Assembly (NCBI RefSeq): GCF_018977255.1
Contig: NW_024704743.1
Location: 41,294,001-41,358,000 of the forward strand
DNA from: Callorhinchus milii
Taxonomy: Eukaryota
Direction of reading: 5' to 3'
DNA: 64,000 nt
The first letter of the stretch is position 1. Each line of letters starts with the position of its first letter. The notes under the pieces are model-generated. The model saw only the letters and a program-made list of their open reading frames with translations, ran no database searches and was not told where the DNA came from. Positions 12,421-25,770 of the stretch are shown in pieces. The translations under genes and the position numbers were made by a program.

Positions 12421-12583
12421 CTCGCTGGCCCGTGACTCTCCCTCGCTGTCCCACCACTGTCCCTCGCTGGCTCGCAACTGTCCCTCGCTGGCCCGCGACT
12501 GTCCCTCGCTGGCTCGCGACTGTCTTTCGCTGGCTCGAGAATGTTCCTTGCTGGCTCGCGACTGTCCCTGCTGCTCGCTGGCT
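12421..12583. repeat. 21-bp tandem array (7 units plus a partial unit) at the L2 5' end
   Basis: Unit consensus CTCGCTGGCTCGCGACTGTCC at 12421, 12442, 12463, 12484, 12505, 12526 and 12547. Confidence 0.95.
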
Positions 12584-13124
12584 AGACGCTTAAGGAGATT
12601 CAAAAGGGAGATTCTTGAGTCGTGCCTTGAAAGAGGCAAGAGAGGGACCAATGTGAAGGGATTGTGGGATGGCATTCCAAGAGGTCGGGGCAGAGAGACA
12701 TCTCAATGACTTGATAAAGTTCTATATCAAATGCAAGGAATATTTTTATAAAATTAATCTTGACCTGGACCACGCGAATACCAATCTAACTTCAAATAAG
12801 AAATGTAAATATTGCCAGATGAATTCCAAATGCAAAAAAGCTTCACACTTCACATTCCCTGAATTTGCTTTCAAAGCAGTTTCCATCTTGAAAAGGAAAG
12901 AACTTCACCAGAGTTTCACTAAGTTTGTTAAGTGTGAAATGTTTAACTCAATCTGTCTTTACAATAAAGAAAAAACTGATCACAATGTTACCACAAGTAG
13001 ATTGTTCATGAGCATTATGAAATAATTTATCCACACAAAGTCCTATGGCCGTTCCCTAGCTGCACGTCAACTGCCCCACTTCAACTGAGTCTCGCTGACG
13101 ATCAAAACAATGTTACATATAGTG

Positions 13125-13850
13125 AGTAACTTTGAAGTCGATTAACTGTTGTACAGACAAATGTGGCAGGTAGATTACAGCAGCAACACCCCACAGACTG
13201 TAAGCAGATGGTTGATCAATTCATTTGGGTTTGGTGATTTTGACGAGGTAGAAGTAGTAGTTATTACACTGGGAAAATCCCTACTCTTCTTTCATATAAT
13301 GCCATAGGATCTTTAATGTCCACCTGAATCACTGCGATACAATACAGTACAAAATTAAATTTGTACAGCGGCTTTCTCATTAGGAAGACATCCTGAGGTT
13401 CTGGACAGTCAAGGATTTAAACCCGAGCTCGGGGTTGGGATCGGTGGAGGATGGAGGTCAAGGAGGGTAGGAGGGTGGCCGAAGGCTTGGTCAAAGAGGA
13501 GGGTTTTGAGACGTGCCTTGGAGGAGGCAAAGGAGGGAGTGAAGCAAAATGAATGTTGGATGGAGTTTGATAGGGTGGGGCCAGAAAGGCTGAAGGCCTG
13601 GCCATTGATGGTGAGGCGGTCCAGGTGGAGGACGTGGAGCAGGCCACAGCCTGCTGAGTGGAGGGAGCAGAGAGGTTAATATGGAGATAGGCAAACAGAA
13701 CATCAGTTTAACATCTAATCTAATGTATGGCACCTCAAACAATGGAACACTCACTGAAATGTCAGCCTGATTTATGAACTTGAGTCCTGATGCATAGCTC
13801 AAACCCACAACCTTCTGACCCTGAGGTAAAAGTCTTACCAATTTAGGCAG
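13125..13850 (-). mobile_element. Old Deu-domain SINE interrupted by an L2 fragment
   Basis: GCCATAGGATCTTTAATGTCCACCTGA (13300-13327) resumes after the L2 with GTTTAACATCT..GTCAGCCT..AAACCCACAACCTTCTGAC. Confidence 0.7.
13340..13688 (-). mobile_element. 5'-truncated L2 LINE
   Basis: L2 3' region and tail on the minus strand. Confidence 0.85.
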
Positions 13851-14574
13851 CTTTACTTCTGCATCTCCAGGACATGTTGCAACCACAGTCATTAATGGAG
13901 CAATGTCTTTCATGTCTTCAGAGATAAGTCATTTTCTTCCTACTATGTTCTCTCCATTCCTGAGGCTAGCTCACAGGAGGACACTGACAGATGACAGAAA
14001 ACAGAAGAAGGAATGAATATTAAAGGGAAGACATGTCACCAGGCAGCAGAATCCAATGAAACAAGTCAGAAGGACACGTCATATGATTTTCTTTGGAGCT
14101 TCCATGGAGCAATTCTTCAAGGTGAAGCGTCTGGAACAAGAGACACATCAGACTCTAGAGACCAATTCTGACATTCCCGTACTGCTATCCCAAAGATTGT
14201 TTTGGGAAAGATTCTGCCTGTTGATTTCACCATGAATATGTTTCTTGACCACGTGTGGTCTATTAACACCCAGTTACCTACTGACAAGGTGATAATAAGT
14301 TACACAATATCATTGACTACAATTAAATTTCTCATGGTCTTAGCTGTAAGGATACTTTTTAAAAATTCTAAAATGCACAGAAGTTTGAAAAACACTTCAT
14401 CTTGTCTCAATTTGAAGCCAGCTTTCCAGTTTCCCACATTTCTATTTAAACATCTGCAATAAATTGACGTCCAAATCAAATTAAGACTCCATATAAGAAT
14501 GTTCTAAAATTCTGCACCATTTTACATTTTAAGTAAACAGTCAGGAGACATTTTGGGCCTCGAACTGCTTCACC

Positions 14575-14950
14575 AGTGAATTGTTCCGCCTCATCGCCTC
14601 TGACCATATCTCACATCCAAAGCAGTTGAAATCCTTATTCAAGTATTCATCACATTGCACCTTAATTATTCCAATGCCCTTCATTGTTGATCTCCCCAGC
14701 TTTCCCAGCCATAAAATCCAATCGATTCAAAATTCCACCCATACTAAACTCCACGCCCCAGTCCTTTCCAAGTTCATTGGTTCTCTATTGCAGAATGGGT
14801 TGATTTTAAGATCTTCACACTGATATGCAAATCACTTCATGTCCGAGCACATTCCTCCCTCTACAACTTACATACACCACAATCCACTACACACCAGCTT
14901 TATTCTGCTGGCTCCGAACCTCTACATGTTCTTCATCTCCTCCACTCCAC
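14575..14950 (+). mobile_element. Old degenerate L2 fragment
   Basis: Remnants similar to RLDYSN..L.GLP...HKIQ.IQNS..PVL..LHW. Confidence 0.6.
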
Positions 14951-16234
14951 CATCTCAAGAGCACATTGAATTGCATAAATATCAGAAAACATTGTTTTTA
15001 TTGAATATTTCAACACAACACTGACACTAGTCAATTGCAGATTTTCTAGCAGCTCAAGTCAAACCTTTCTGTTTTCCTCACATTGCCTCCAGCAATTGTT
15101 TCTCCCTTCCAGTCTTAAAATCTATATGTTGTATGTAGTTCAGACACTTTAGCATATTGTTTACTTATTCACCCGAACATAACTGCGACAGTTTCTGTAA
15201 TGTTGTCACATGTGGTGCTCTGTTATCCTGGGTTCTGCTGTCATTAATATGTCCCTACACAGAACATCGATATTTGTGTCCGTTACTTTAGAGAAATGTT
15301 GTCCTCCATCTAAATGTTGCACTTGTCTCTAGGTCCAATGTGAAGGGGGGAATTTAGAGGTTCATCCAACATTTATTGTTATAAATGCAAGTTATTGTTA
15401 TTGTTTTGGACCTACTCAGATGTGTTTAAGCTGACCCCAATGATATTCTCAGTGGTAACATTAGTGAATTGAGACCCGAGGCATTGAAATCCCAGGTAAA
15501 GGAATGTCCATTTCAGCTGCTGGTGCGTGTGGTACCAGGCTTTAAGAAAACCAAAACTCAGGAATAGCTGGTGTTCTGGTAACCAGCTGTCAAAATCTGC
15601 AATTCATGGCTGGAAGTCTAATGCCCTGGGCCTAGCTTCACAAGTGAAACAGATATTGGTGTCTTTCTCTGTCATGTCTGGATACATGCAAAGAGATCAA
15701 TATTAATTAAAAAGCTAACTTTATACTAATGCACAGGCGCATTCAGAATAGAAACTATTGAGAATTCCACATATGCCTGGACATTTCCATTTGTCTGGAA
15801 TGGAGTGTGCGCATTTTCTCTAGAGAAAGGCTGCATGCTCATCTCATCCGGAAAGTTTAGGCACTGAAGCACTATTGCAATGTGGTGCTAAAGTCCTGCT
15901 TGCATAGTTACTACCTGCATGGTTTTCCATTGACATGGCCATTTCTTTTCACAGTGATGGAGGAGGTGGAACAAGAAGTTTGGAAGTTTGCTGATTGACC
16001 CTTGGTTACAGGATGATTGACAATAATAGGGAAGAACATAGGGAAGAACACAATTTGCTGGCGTGAAGAAAAATGACAAGAGAACCCAAAGAGAAGGAAC
16101 TCATCTGCAGAGAGAAAAAGAGAGAGCAGGAAGCCTAAAATTTGACCAAATTTAAAGCAACACAACTCAAATAATGAATTCATGTAGTTACAAATTTAAT
16201 TATTGAATTTTATTCTTTTTTTAAATCGCTATTT

Positions 16235-16603
16235 ATAATAATACTTACATTTGTTGTAGTGCCTTATCAAGCCATTGAGGCATCTCAAACCACTTCACAG
16301 AATACACTGTCAAGTGAATTGACTGGATATTTTGTAAACAAAATGTGACAGCCAATTGTGCACAACATTGTCCCATTAACAGTCGTGGATTGAGTAACCA
16401 AATTATTATTATGTTATCTATTTTTTGGAGGAAGTATTACCCTCAATCTGCCAAACAAGTAACAACCAGGTTTTTAGTTATTGTTGGGTAAACAGAAGCA
16501 TGTGGAGTAAAGAAGCTTGCTTAAGGTTTCGTCTCAACCAGGAATCAAACCCTGGTCCTCTCGCTTGCGAGGTGAGTGCTCTAACCACTATACCACATGA
16601 CTT
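16235..16603 (-). mobile_element. tRNA-Ala-derived SINE, long subfamily (diverged)
   Basis: Same head and tail as 36692-37061, including the extra internal segment. Confidence 0.85.
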
Positions 16604-19600
16604 CTTTCAATATTAAATTATTTAGAAATAAAATTGTAAAAAAAAGCAAATAACAAGGTTTTAGCCAGTGTTTATATCATCTAAGTGCAACCATTCACTC
16701 CACCATGCCTATGATGGTTTTAGCTCATCTGCTTGATGTGTTTTAAAATTCCAGTTAGCAGTTTAATTAATTTCGTAAAGCAGTCAGCACTTCCTTTGTT
16801 CATTCAATGAATTACCTTACTCAATAATTAACACCAGTCAGTACTTTTAATCACTTATATCCTCCACTTCTCGCCTGAAGGGATTGATTCATGTTGGGAA
16901 TCTGCAGCTGAAGCACAGACCACGTTTCTCTGCCTCTCAGAAGTGGCCACTATTCATGTGTGAACCTGGACAGTGAGTGTTAACATCTTATTCAATAATG
17001 AGAGGGTAAAGAGTTTTATATCGCAATCCTATCCTGATCTCTATACACTTGTGTTGCAAGCTGTGGTTTCTAGATTGTGATTGGTTCCCTCCACAACCCA
17101 ATTGTAGTGTCTTAGCCTTTAATCTGACTGAGTCTCACGATGTTCAGCACCCAAAAGGTAAAAGTGTAAAATCTTCCAGTACATTGCGCATAAAAGGGTA
17201 ATTAATACACTGCCATTAGGGTTGTTCTCAATTTTTACAGAATGTTGCCACCTCGCAAATTTCTCACCAACAGCTTTTTTCACATGCTCGTTTGAAGTAA
17301 GTTATTTGACAGTAATTAGTTTGAAGTTAGGTGGTGGATAATAATTATAGGCTCCCTAGGGAGACAGTGGAAGTCGAATCTTTCAAGAACAAATTAGTTA
17401 GATTTCTGTTTGGAAATAATATCTCAGGACACAATACATTGTTTGGGATATGACACGTGCATGCGACTGCCAGGAAGATTGAAGGGGAACTGGATGCACC
17501 TTGATCTTCTTTCGCTTAGCAAATTCTTATTTCTTAACAATAACAACAACTTGCATGTATATAGCGCCCTTCACGCTAGAAGGTATCTCGGAGCGCTTAG
17601 TATGAAGGCAGCTGGTTGGAAGTTCCATTAGCAATAAAGTATTTACTGTACTTTCACCCCTTACACTTTAATTCCTGCTGGTGTATATTTTTCGCATAGC
17701 ACAGGAATATTAGAAACTCCTAATATTCCAATGCCATGTCAATAACCAGCGTTACCAATTCATAACTCCAGAAACATTTCCAGCTCTGCTCCCTTTGGTT
17801 GATGTGGGAGGACTGAATGATGCCACAAAGTAATTTGCGGAGTGCCTGGCAGTGGGCACTGCCCAAAGAAGGGTTTCCAGCCAAATTTGGACTTCTATAA
17901 AATGGCTTGTCAGTAATGTTGCTGCGCCTTGGGAAAACACATCCCAGGAGGGAAAGGAAGAAATTGGGCCAAATATGAGTACAGACAATAGGTCAAATAA
18001 TAATGCTTATTAAGGAGTCAAATGTACAGATAAAGGGAAAGTGCACAAGAGCAAAAGTGACTGGGGGTGAAAATGGCCATTGATTGCAGGCAAGGGAGTG
18101 TATTCAGGAAGATAATGGAACTGTGATTGAGGGGTGACCCTCGCAAAGGAAGAGAAGGATGCGAGCATGTTTAAAGTGGAAATGGCTAAAAGGCAAATGA
18201 AAATGGTCTCAACAAGCCTGACTAGAAGACAAGGGAAAGAATTGAGAAAGTGAATTAATCAGTCTCCATCTTAGTTCGTTGCTGCTCCCTATGTTTTTCA
18301 TTGCAGAAGGTGTCAACCCTTTTAGTTGGATATACATTGTTGCAATGTAAGTCAGTGTTTGACATATCCACCAGTATGTATTTCAATGCAGTTATCACCA
18401 ATGTTTCTCCTCTTCTCCTGAAGTCCTTTAACAGATTAATTGTTCATATTGTGGAAGCGATGTGCACTCATAACAATAGGAAAAAATTTTTCCTACTTTA
18501 TATAAATCAACTCTTACGCTCCTTCTGACATTCAAGTGAGTGGTAGACAGTACAGCTGTATTAACTGACTGCCTTTCCTGGATATGTAAGCTGAAAATGA
18601 CATTAGAAAATGGCTTTGTTCTATTTGTCAGTTTTTATTTTATTTACTGGAGTCAATGAGCAAAGCTTACAACATGAAAGGAAAATATCAGGTAACTTCT
18701 CTCTTGTTGGCTTGTCTGCTATTCTTGTTGTCTACAGTGGAGTTTTGGCATGGCACATCTAACAGATGTGGAGACTATTAACATTATACACCGTGCACTC
18801 CCTCATTTCAACTGCATTTCATTTGTTTATGTTGCCCTTTTCTGCTCATTAAAGTAGGGGAAAAGAATACTTTACATTTTTAGCACCTTGTATCAAGATA
18901 AATTACTGTCAAATCAAGAACGACAGGATGAGATACAGAATAAATCTTTGAGCACTCAATAATGTAGTTTAACCTCAGAAGAACATCTGGGTCTTCACGG
19001 GCAACATCTATTTTCTCTTCTCCACATCAACCACCCTGAGTGAGACTGACAGTTTTCATTCAGCTCATTGTGAAATACGAGTGAATTCACATTCACTAAG
19101 AACCTGGCTGAGACTGCTTGGTTTAAGGAATTGGAATTTAAATCATCATTGCTGGCATAAATGTTTGCTGGATTTGCCTACAAAAGAAGTCACTGCTACA
19201 GTAATTATCTTGAAAGTGCATTGAGAAATATTTTATGTGCTGAGATGCTTTAAACTGCAAGGTCTCTTTATTTCCCCTTATCATTTAATGAGATTGTACA
19301 TCTAACATATTTTTCACTTTTGAATGAAGCTCGAGAGACTTGTTGTGCGCATTGTATTATCCAATATTCTATGTGTGGTTTTGATTGTCATTAAAAATAT
19401 AGGAAACTGACTACAAACGGCAATATTTTACAAAAGGAGAATCTTCTGTTATTACTGTGAAACTTAACATTGTGACATACAGTGTAACGCATAAAGAAAA
19501 AAGACGGCATGCAACAAATACAAAAGCACCGCAATATATTTATTTGTTCCAAGACATTCTCAGGCTGTAGTTGGACCATTGCACTCAGTTATGAACATCA

Positions 19601-19699
19601 TAATTACAGAAAGACCATAAAGAGGGTAGAATGGAAATCCACGAAATGACATTAAAGATGAAAGGTCATGACGTTCCACTAGAAAAAAATTTATTATTT

Positions 19700-20035
19700 T
19701 TGCTTGAGCAGAGGAGGTTAGGGAGGAATGTAATGGAGATTTTCAAAAACTTGCAATAATTTTGATAGGGTAACTAATGTCCATTTACTGCTGAACAATG
19801 CTTGATCATAAGAACATGAAAAAAGGCACAAGAAATGGCCATGCACCTCCATATACAATATATCCTGCTGACTAATGATTTATATAAGTTTAGCACCTCT
19901 TGCTTTTATATTCTATATCCATATTTATAAACCCTAAGATTCCATTAGCTTTTTTTGAAAACTTTGTCCACCGGCCTTCTCACCTTTAAAGATTTATTTT
20001 TATTAACTCATAAGACTCTTTACTCCTTTTACTAT
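19700..20035. mobile_element. Degenerate CR1 fragments (plus strand about 19700-19800, minus strand about 19860-20035)
   Basis: TTGAGCAGAGGAGGTTAGGGAGG (LEQRRLRG-like); the minus piece resembles 55680-55820. Confidence 0.6.
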
Positions 20036-20044
20036 TTTACCATA

Positions 20045-20320
20045 GTCTAGGCTGACACTTCAATGCAGTGCTGGGAGAGCTGCACTGTTAAACATGCTAT
20101 CTTTCGGGTGAGACATTAAACCAAGAACATTTCTGACTGTTTAATTGGAATTGAAAGATCACATGGCATTATTTGAAAAGAGCAAGGTGTTTCTCCCGAT
20201 GTTTTATCTCCAACTAAAAAAAAACTGACACCTGTTTCACACCTGTTTGTGGGACGTTGCAGGGTGCAAATTGGCTGCTGTGTATGCCTACAAATACACA
20301 GTAACTACATAGTATGTTAA
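20045..20320 (+). mobile_element. Old Deu-domain SINE body
   Basis: CTAGGCTGACAC..TCTTTCGGGTGAGACATTAAACC..GATCACATGGCATTATTTGAA..TGTTTGTGGGAC..AAATTGGCTGC. Confidence 0.8.
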
Positions 20321-20344
20321 CGTGATGCCTGACATTCCAATATT

Positions 20345-21320
20345 TGGCAATATTACAATTGCATTCTTGGTTCGCTCCTCTTCTTCTATGTGCTCCCTCT
20401 TGGCAATGTCATCAGCAGACAAAGGGCAAACATGTATGCAGGTGACACACAAATTTACTTCTCCTCCAGCTGCAACTCCAGGTCCAGCGATGTTCTCTCG
20501 ACTTGTCTGGCAGTCATAAGGGCCGAATGGGCAAAAACTTCCTACAACTGAATTGACAAGACAGAGGCCATACTCATCGGCTCCCATCAACGTCTTCTAT
20601 CCTGCGACTCTGATCTCCTCATGCACCCCAGCCTATCCCTCAGACTTACCAAACTAGCATGCAACCTAAGCATCAGGTTTAACCCACAGATGTTCTTCCT
20701 TCCCCACATCCAGTCCCTGATCAGGACCGCCTTCCTTCACCTCCGCCACATTGCCTGCCTCCAACCGTACTTACCCCAGCCACAGCCAAAACACATTTCC
20801 ATGCATTCGTCACATCCTGACTCGACTTCTCAAATGCCCTCTTTGCTGGTCTCCCTAACTCCACCATGCACAGGATCCAGCTGATCCAACCCTTATCTCA
20901 ACAGTGCTAGCCTGGCTCCACAGGTTTGCTATCGCCGAACAGATTGGTTTCAAGATCCTCACACTCCTTTTCAAATCCCTTCATGCCGTGGCACCTCCCT
21001 ATCTCTCTAACCTATTTACCCTCTAATCCACATCCACTGCCTCCACTGAACTGGCTCCAGCCTTCTGCATGTCCCTCATGCTCTCTATTTCACCATTGAT
21101 GGCTGCGCTTTCAGTCACTATGCCCCGAAACTCTGGAATACTCTTCTTCTATCCCTCCATCTTGTCTCCTCCTTCCCCATCCTCAGGTCGTGTCTGAAGA
21201 TTTTCCTATTCAACCGTACCCACAGCCCCCTCCCCCCAGCTCGGCGTCCTGCTCCACCACTCTCTGGGGTACTACCCGGCTTGAGCGGCGCTATATAAAC
21301 GCAAGTTGTAGTTGTAGTTG
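20345..21320 (+). mobile_element. Older L2 LINE fragment with tail
   Basis: Degenerate MYA.DTQ motif, HIACLQPYL, PKLWN; tail GCGCTATATAAACGCAAGTTGTAGTTG. Confidence 0.85.
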
Positions 21321-23789
21321 AGTTGATTCTCTTTGGTGGCCTCAGTGATCTGGTTATTGACCTAGAAAAGACCACAGTACTCTAAGGCACTGTTGATGTC
21401 AGACCAAAAAGCCTAGCTTATCAGCAGGATGTTGAATAGCAGATCAGTCAACGAGAAAGGGAATCCTTCCCACTTGGCTCCTGCCAACCCTGCCAACTGA
21501 AACCCCATCCGGTAAAGTGGTCCTAGCTGGACAAGAATCAATAGTTTTCTCTGATTACTGTTCAATGCATTAAATTTGTTTTGACTATGTTGTAAGAAGG
21601 ATCATGCACAACATGTTTCATGTGGTCCGACTACTGATAAGTTTAGAGTAACATTAGAGTCAATGTTCTTGAGATTCATTCTAGTTTGTGGATTTTTATT
21701 GACAGCGTCAGATTGCAAACATTCAGGATATTGGGTAAATGCTTTATATTTATTTATAAATAAAGTTATTTATGTGTTTCCGTTTGAAATACAGCACCAA
21801 ATATCAAGGACCTGTTTGGGTTTACTGATATTAAGTTATTTTTATAAATGTGGTCATTTTTTTGTATTCTAATATGGAAACAAAGGTGACCTCTATTTCA
21901 TTTTGCTCTACTTTTAGTTTTAGATGAGAAAAGTTATTTTCAATTGAAATCTCCTCCTTTCTTGAATTCTGTGGTATGACACACTCCATGGTGTATAATT
22001 CCTTTGTTTCAAATTCAGAGCTCTGGTACATCCTTTTCTATTCGGTTTGCTCAGCGTTTTTTTAATGTAATGTATGTAGGTATGGTTTGCTGACTGATGG
22101 ATTGTTAATTAGAAGATATCTTGAAGAGACCAACAGTGACTATATACTGCAGTCATATTACAATGACCTGGCAGCAATAAAAAAAACTTATTAACAATTC
22201 ACTAACTTTTCAGTTATGAAACATTTCCTACAGAAGGTGTTATCTAAGGCTTGAGTGCCTGTGGCATTACCTTTATGTAGGAGACAATTGGTACCCTGCC
22301 ATTTGGTATTTTATCCTTGAAAGCCCGTCATTATCAGCAAGTTTGCACACCCTTTCTTTGTCAAAAACTTGATTGGATTAGACTTCATTGAGAGCATTTT
22401 TTAAAATACGCTGGTAGTATTATGTCAAACCGCAAGTAAATACAGTCAATCTTAACACTGGAATTGATCACTGAAAACAGCAACAGAGGCATTCTGCTTT
22501 TTAATTATGGGCTTACCTGTTTTAGACCACTCTGGTATTTAGAGAGAATAATATTAACATACAATACATACATCACATATCAATGTTATCTTCTGAAGTA
22601 CAGGTCAAGCACTAAATCAGCTCAAATAGATAGAACAATCCAGATTTCAGTTGCACTTCACTCATGCGTTTTAAAGGGAGTGTCACTATTTCTGAAAAGA
22701 AATAATGGGGTAAAAGTTGCTCAATTGTGAACAGAGATATACAAATTGTAGGTATACAATAAAACTCACATAAGTCATATTAGTCGGGACCATTACATTT
22801 AACAATACTTTGGCAGAATCCAAATAACAGGGAAACCTGTATAAATCATATAAAATCCAATTGGCTAATAATCTATATTATGCATGTACAATTCAATGCA
22901 GCTAGTAAATGTGCATTTAGTGATGGGTAAGATATAATTTCCATGGGATTTGATGCAGCCAGTAAGTGCGAGAGTAATAGATGATAGGGGAACAGCATTA
23001 GGAGTTAAGAGATAATTTAATACTTAAACGTTATTTTATACTTATAGATGCTTACAAATATAACTAGTGCAAAGAAATCTAAGTGGTTTTGATAAGAAAC
23101 TGGATAGGACTTGAGTGCATACACAATTTATAAAGATAAGACTTATCAGAGTTTTACTGTAATTGGTGATTAGACTTAAAGTAGGGGCTGGAATTAGAAA
23201 CAAGAACAGGCAATTTGACCTGAATATTGATTCTATTTCCCTCATTCTTCTCAAGATATCTATATGCAGTGCAGCCTTGTTTTAATATGGTGGTTGGTAA
23301 GCTAAAATTGCTAATTTCAGGTCATCAGGTTGCAACTGATACCACTTTCTGTTTTGTGCATGTGCAGCAACTGGAAGTGATGTCAGTGGTGACCTGACCT
23401 AATAACCTGGCGGTCAGCCATTTTCCTGTGAAAAGCTAGTCCGTGGATGAGAAGTCAGTGGATTTGTTGGTGAGTGTATGAGCAATGAATGGGATCCACA
23501 TTATTTCCAACTTGCCATTATGAAGAAGCATGTTCTAATGGGGTTATACTGTATCTTCCTTTCAAACTCTCTGATGAATACAATACAAATACAATAAAAA
23601 ATTACCTTTGTAAAGCGCCTTTCACATCAGGGGGACGTCCCAAAGTGCTGAAATGACCTTCATGGGCATTGTCATTCAGAAGAATGCAAAGGTGGAAGAA
23701 ACACTGCTATCACATCAAGGAGAATATCGAATAGTAAGATTTAAGACCCTCTTAAAGATCAAACTATAATGATAGAAAAAACGATAGAA

Positions 23790-24010
23790 ATAAACTTGCC
23801 TTGTTATAGAATATGCTTTAAAAGATCTCAAAGCACTTCACAGCTTATTAGTGTCAAGTGTAGTGACTGATTTTGTAGGCAAATGTGACAATATTTTGTA
23901 CCAAGTGACATTTTACAAACAAACATGAGGTGAAAGATTGATTTATCTTGTTGGCCCAGACACTGGGAGAAACTCTTTGAATAATGTGGGATATTTAATG
24001 TCTAATATTA
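23790..24010 (-). mobile_element. Old Deu-domain SINE, 3' half
   Basis: CTCAAAGCACTTCACAGC..TGTAGGCAAA..TGGCCCAGACACTGGGAGAAACTC..GGGATATTTAATGTC. Confidence 0.6.
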
Positions 24011-24804
24011 TACTTGTCACAGTGTAGGTTGTTGAGTATTACGACTCTATGAAACACCACTGAGACTCTTTCTATCAATTGCATGTGGTAGGTAGATATG
24101 GTAAGGACAGAATGAGGGCAGGAGCCACAGCAGCAGCAGCTATAATTATTGAGGAGGAGGAGAAACAGCAACAAAACAGTCAGAAATGTGGGCTGACTGG
24201 GAAAGATTTCATAGACAGATATTCCAAAGAGGTTTGAAGGTATCAACATAGATGGATATACTGTCAAAGGGCAAATTATTTAGATTTCACCAGTGAACAA
24301 TGTGTGAGACAGTTCTGGTTATATGTTCTGGTTTAAGAAGCCCATTATTGAACCTTGTGACCTAATCCTCCATAACCTTCAGTCTCAGAGGCATTCACCC
24401 TGCATTTTCTCATTGAAACAAGCTCACTCTTGCACTGAACCTTGACAGGTCAGGCTCATTTCAAAGTCATATTGGCAATACTGGAAGGATTAGTCAATTT
24501 GTTGCACACCATCCCAATTCAGCAGATTTCTCAAACCTTCTACTTTATATATTCAGTGTTGTAAGTGGATCATGGGATCAGGCAACATCATTTATTTTAT
24601 ATTTTTGAATTTCTACATTTTTCGAGGAAACTATTACTCGCATGTGGCAAAATACATTCTCATTCAAAATCCATTGGTCAGGGAAAAAAGTCCACCAGCA
24701 TCTAGATTTATGTTATTTTTGTAGCATTTTAGAGTGTCCAGAATTTGACAAATTGCTGAATAAACTCTTAACTGTGAAACTTTGAAAAGATTTTGTGGAG
24801 AACC

Positions 24805-25372
24805 AGCTTCACATCAATGCCATGATCCCTTCTACCTTCCTGCACCTCCACAACATCGCCCAGCTCTGCCACTGCCTCTCCCCTAAAGTTGTCGAAATCC
24901 TCTGCCACATATATATTACACCTAGGCTCGACTACACCAACTCCCTGCTTGTCGGCCTTCCCAGTTCTTCTCTCCCAAAGCTGCAGATCATCCAGAACTC
25001 TGCAGCTTGTGTCCTCTCCTGAACCAGGCTCTTTGATCCTATCACCCCCACCCTTGCCTGGCTCCACTGGCCCCAGAGGATAGAGTTCAACATCCTCAAC
25101 CTCGCCTTGAAAGCCCTCCACGGCCTTGCCCCTTCCTACCTTTGTGATCTGCTAACCCTGTATCAACCTGTCCGCTCCCTCTGCACAGCAAGCTGCGGCC
25201 TGCTCTACCTTTCCTGCCTCTTCGACCGTGCTTTCGGCCATCCTCCTACCCCTAACCTCCCTGCCCACCACTGCTTCTGATTCCAAAACCCTGCTCGGGT
25301 CCAAATCCCTAACTGTCCAGCATCTTGGGATGTCTTCCCGACGAAAAAGACACTATAATTTGTTATTGTTGT
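24805..25372 (+). mobile_element. 5'-truncated L2 LINE with a small internal deletion
   Basis: PRLDYTNSLLVGLPSSSLPKLQIIQNSAACVLS; tail at 25315-25372. Confidence 0.92.
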
Positions 25373-25604
25373 TCACAATCACGACTGTATTTAAACAGTT
25401 GTCAAACTCTACACACTCTGAAATGCTGCATATATGAAGCAAATCTGACAAAGATGGATTTTTTTTCTGCAGGAATGCTCAAATAGAAAAATGTTTTACA
25501 TTACTAATATTCAAAATATGTGATAGTAATGTTAACTTTTACCTGTAAATTTTGCTATACTTGTGCCACACATGACAGTGACATATTGTTTATTACCTTT
25601 GTTC

Positions 25605-25770
25605 AGTGTAGCACACATGGATGTTAGAATTATAACTGAGGACAACTTTGGAGTGTTTATGCAATGTTTCTATTGTTTGGTTCTCTCTGGAGGAGCATTG
25701 CAATATAATTATTTATGTAAAATATACCATATATTTTGCAAGCTTCACAATGTTGTCAAAGAAGAGGCAT
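25605..25770 (+). pseudogene. PIF/Harbinger (HARBI1-like) DDE transposase C-terminal relic
   Basis: AHMDVRIITEDNFGVFMQCFYCLVLSGGALQY..FCKLHN resembles the Harbinger motif AH..TR..IE..FG.LK.RFRCL..SGGALQY..CC.LHN. Confidence 0.7.

Larger units (their letters stand above)
9327..12596 (-). mobile_element. Near-full-length L2-clade LINE (single-ORF type, internally deleted, inactive)
   Basis: GC/CpG-rich 5' region, N-terminal motifs (LQLSRSVLLSL, RLGILRRAHQG), APE endonuclease, RT, 3' stem-loop tail and (TTG)n. Confidence 0.93.
9180..12698 (-). mobile_element. Host L2 3' fragment, split into 9180-9326 and about 12597-12698 by the nested long L2
   Basis: ...GCTGAAGACACG joined to ..CAAAAGGGAGATTCTTGAG restores the L2 3' sequence seen intact at 27418-27450. 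Confidence 0.75.

Noticed and set aside
12421..12583. Repeat array as CRISPR-like
   Set aside because: The units are head-to-tail with no unique spacers, there are no cas genes, and the context is a vertebrate retroelement.
12669..13025. 118-aa ORF with several CxxC-like pairs
   Set aside because: It starts within an antisense L2 fragment, has AT-biased composition and shows no coherent zinc-finger spacing.
17704..17729. 10-bp hairpin GGAATATTAG/CTAATATTCC, and small tandem duplications at about 1777, 8836, 16027, 45648 and 50645
   Set aside because: They are real but short, and expected from slippage or chance in AT-rich DNA.
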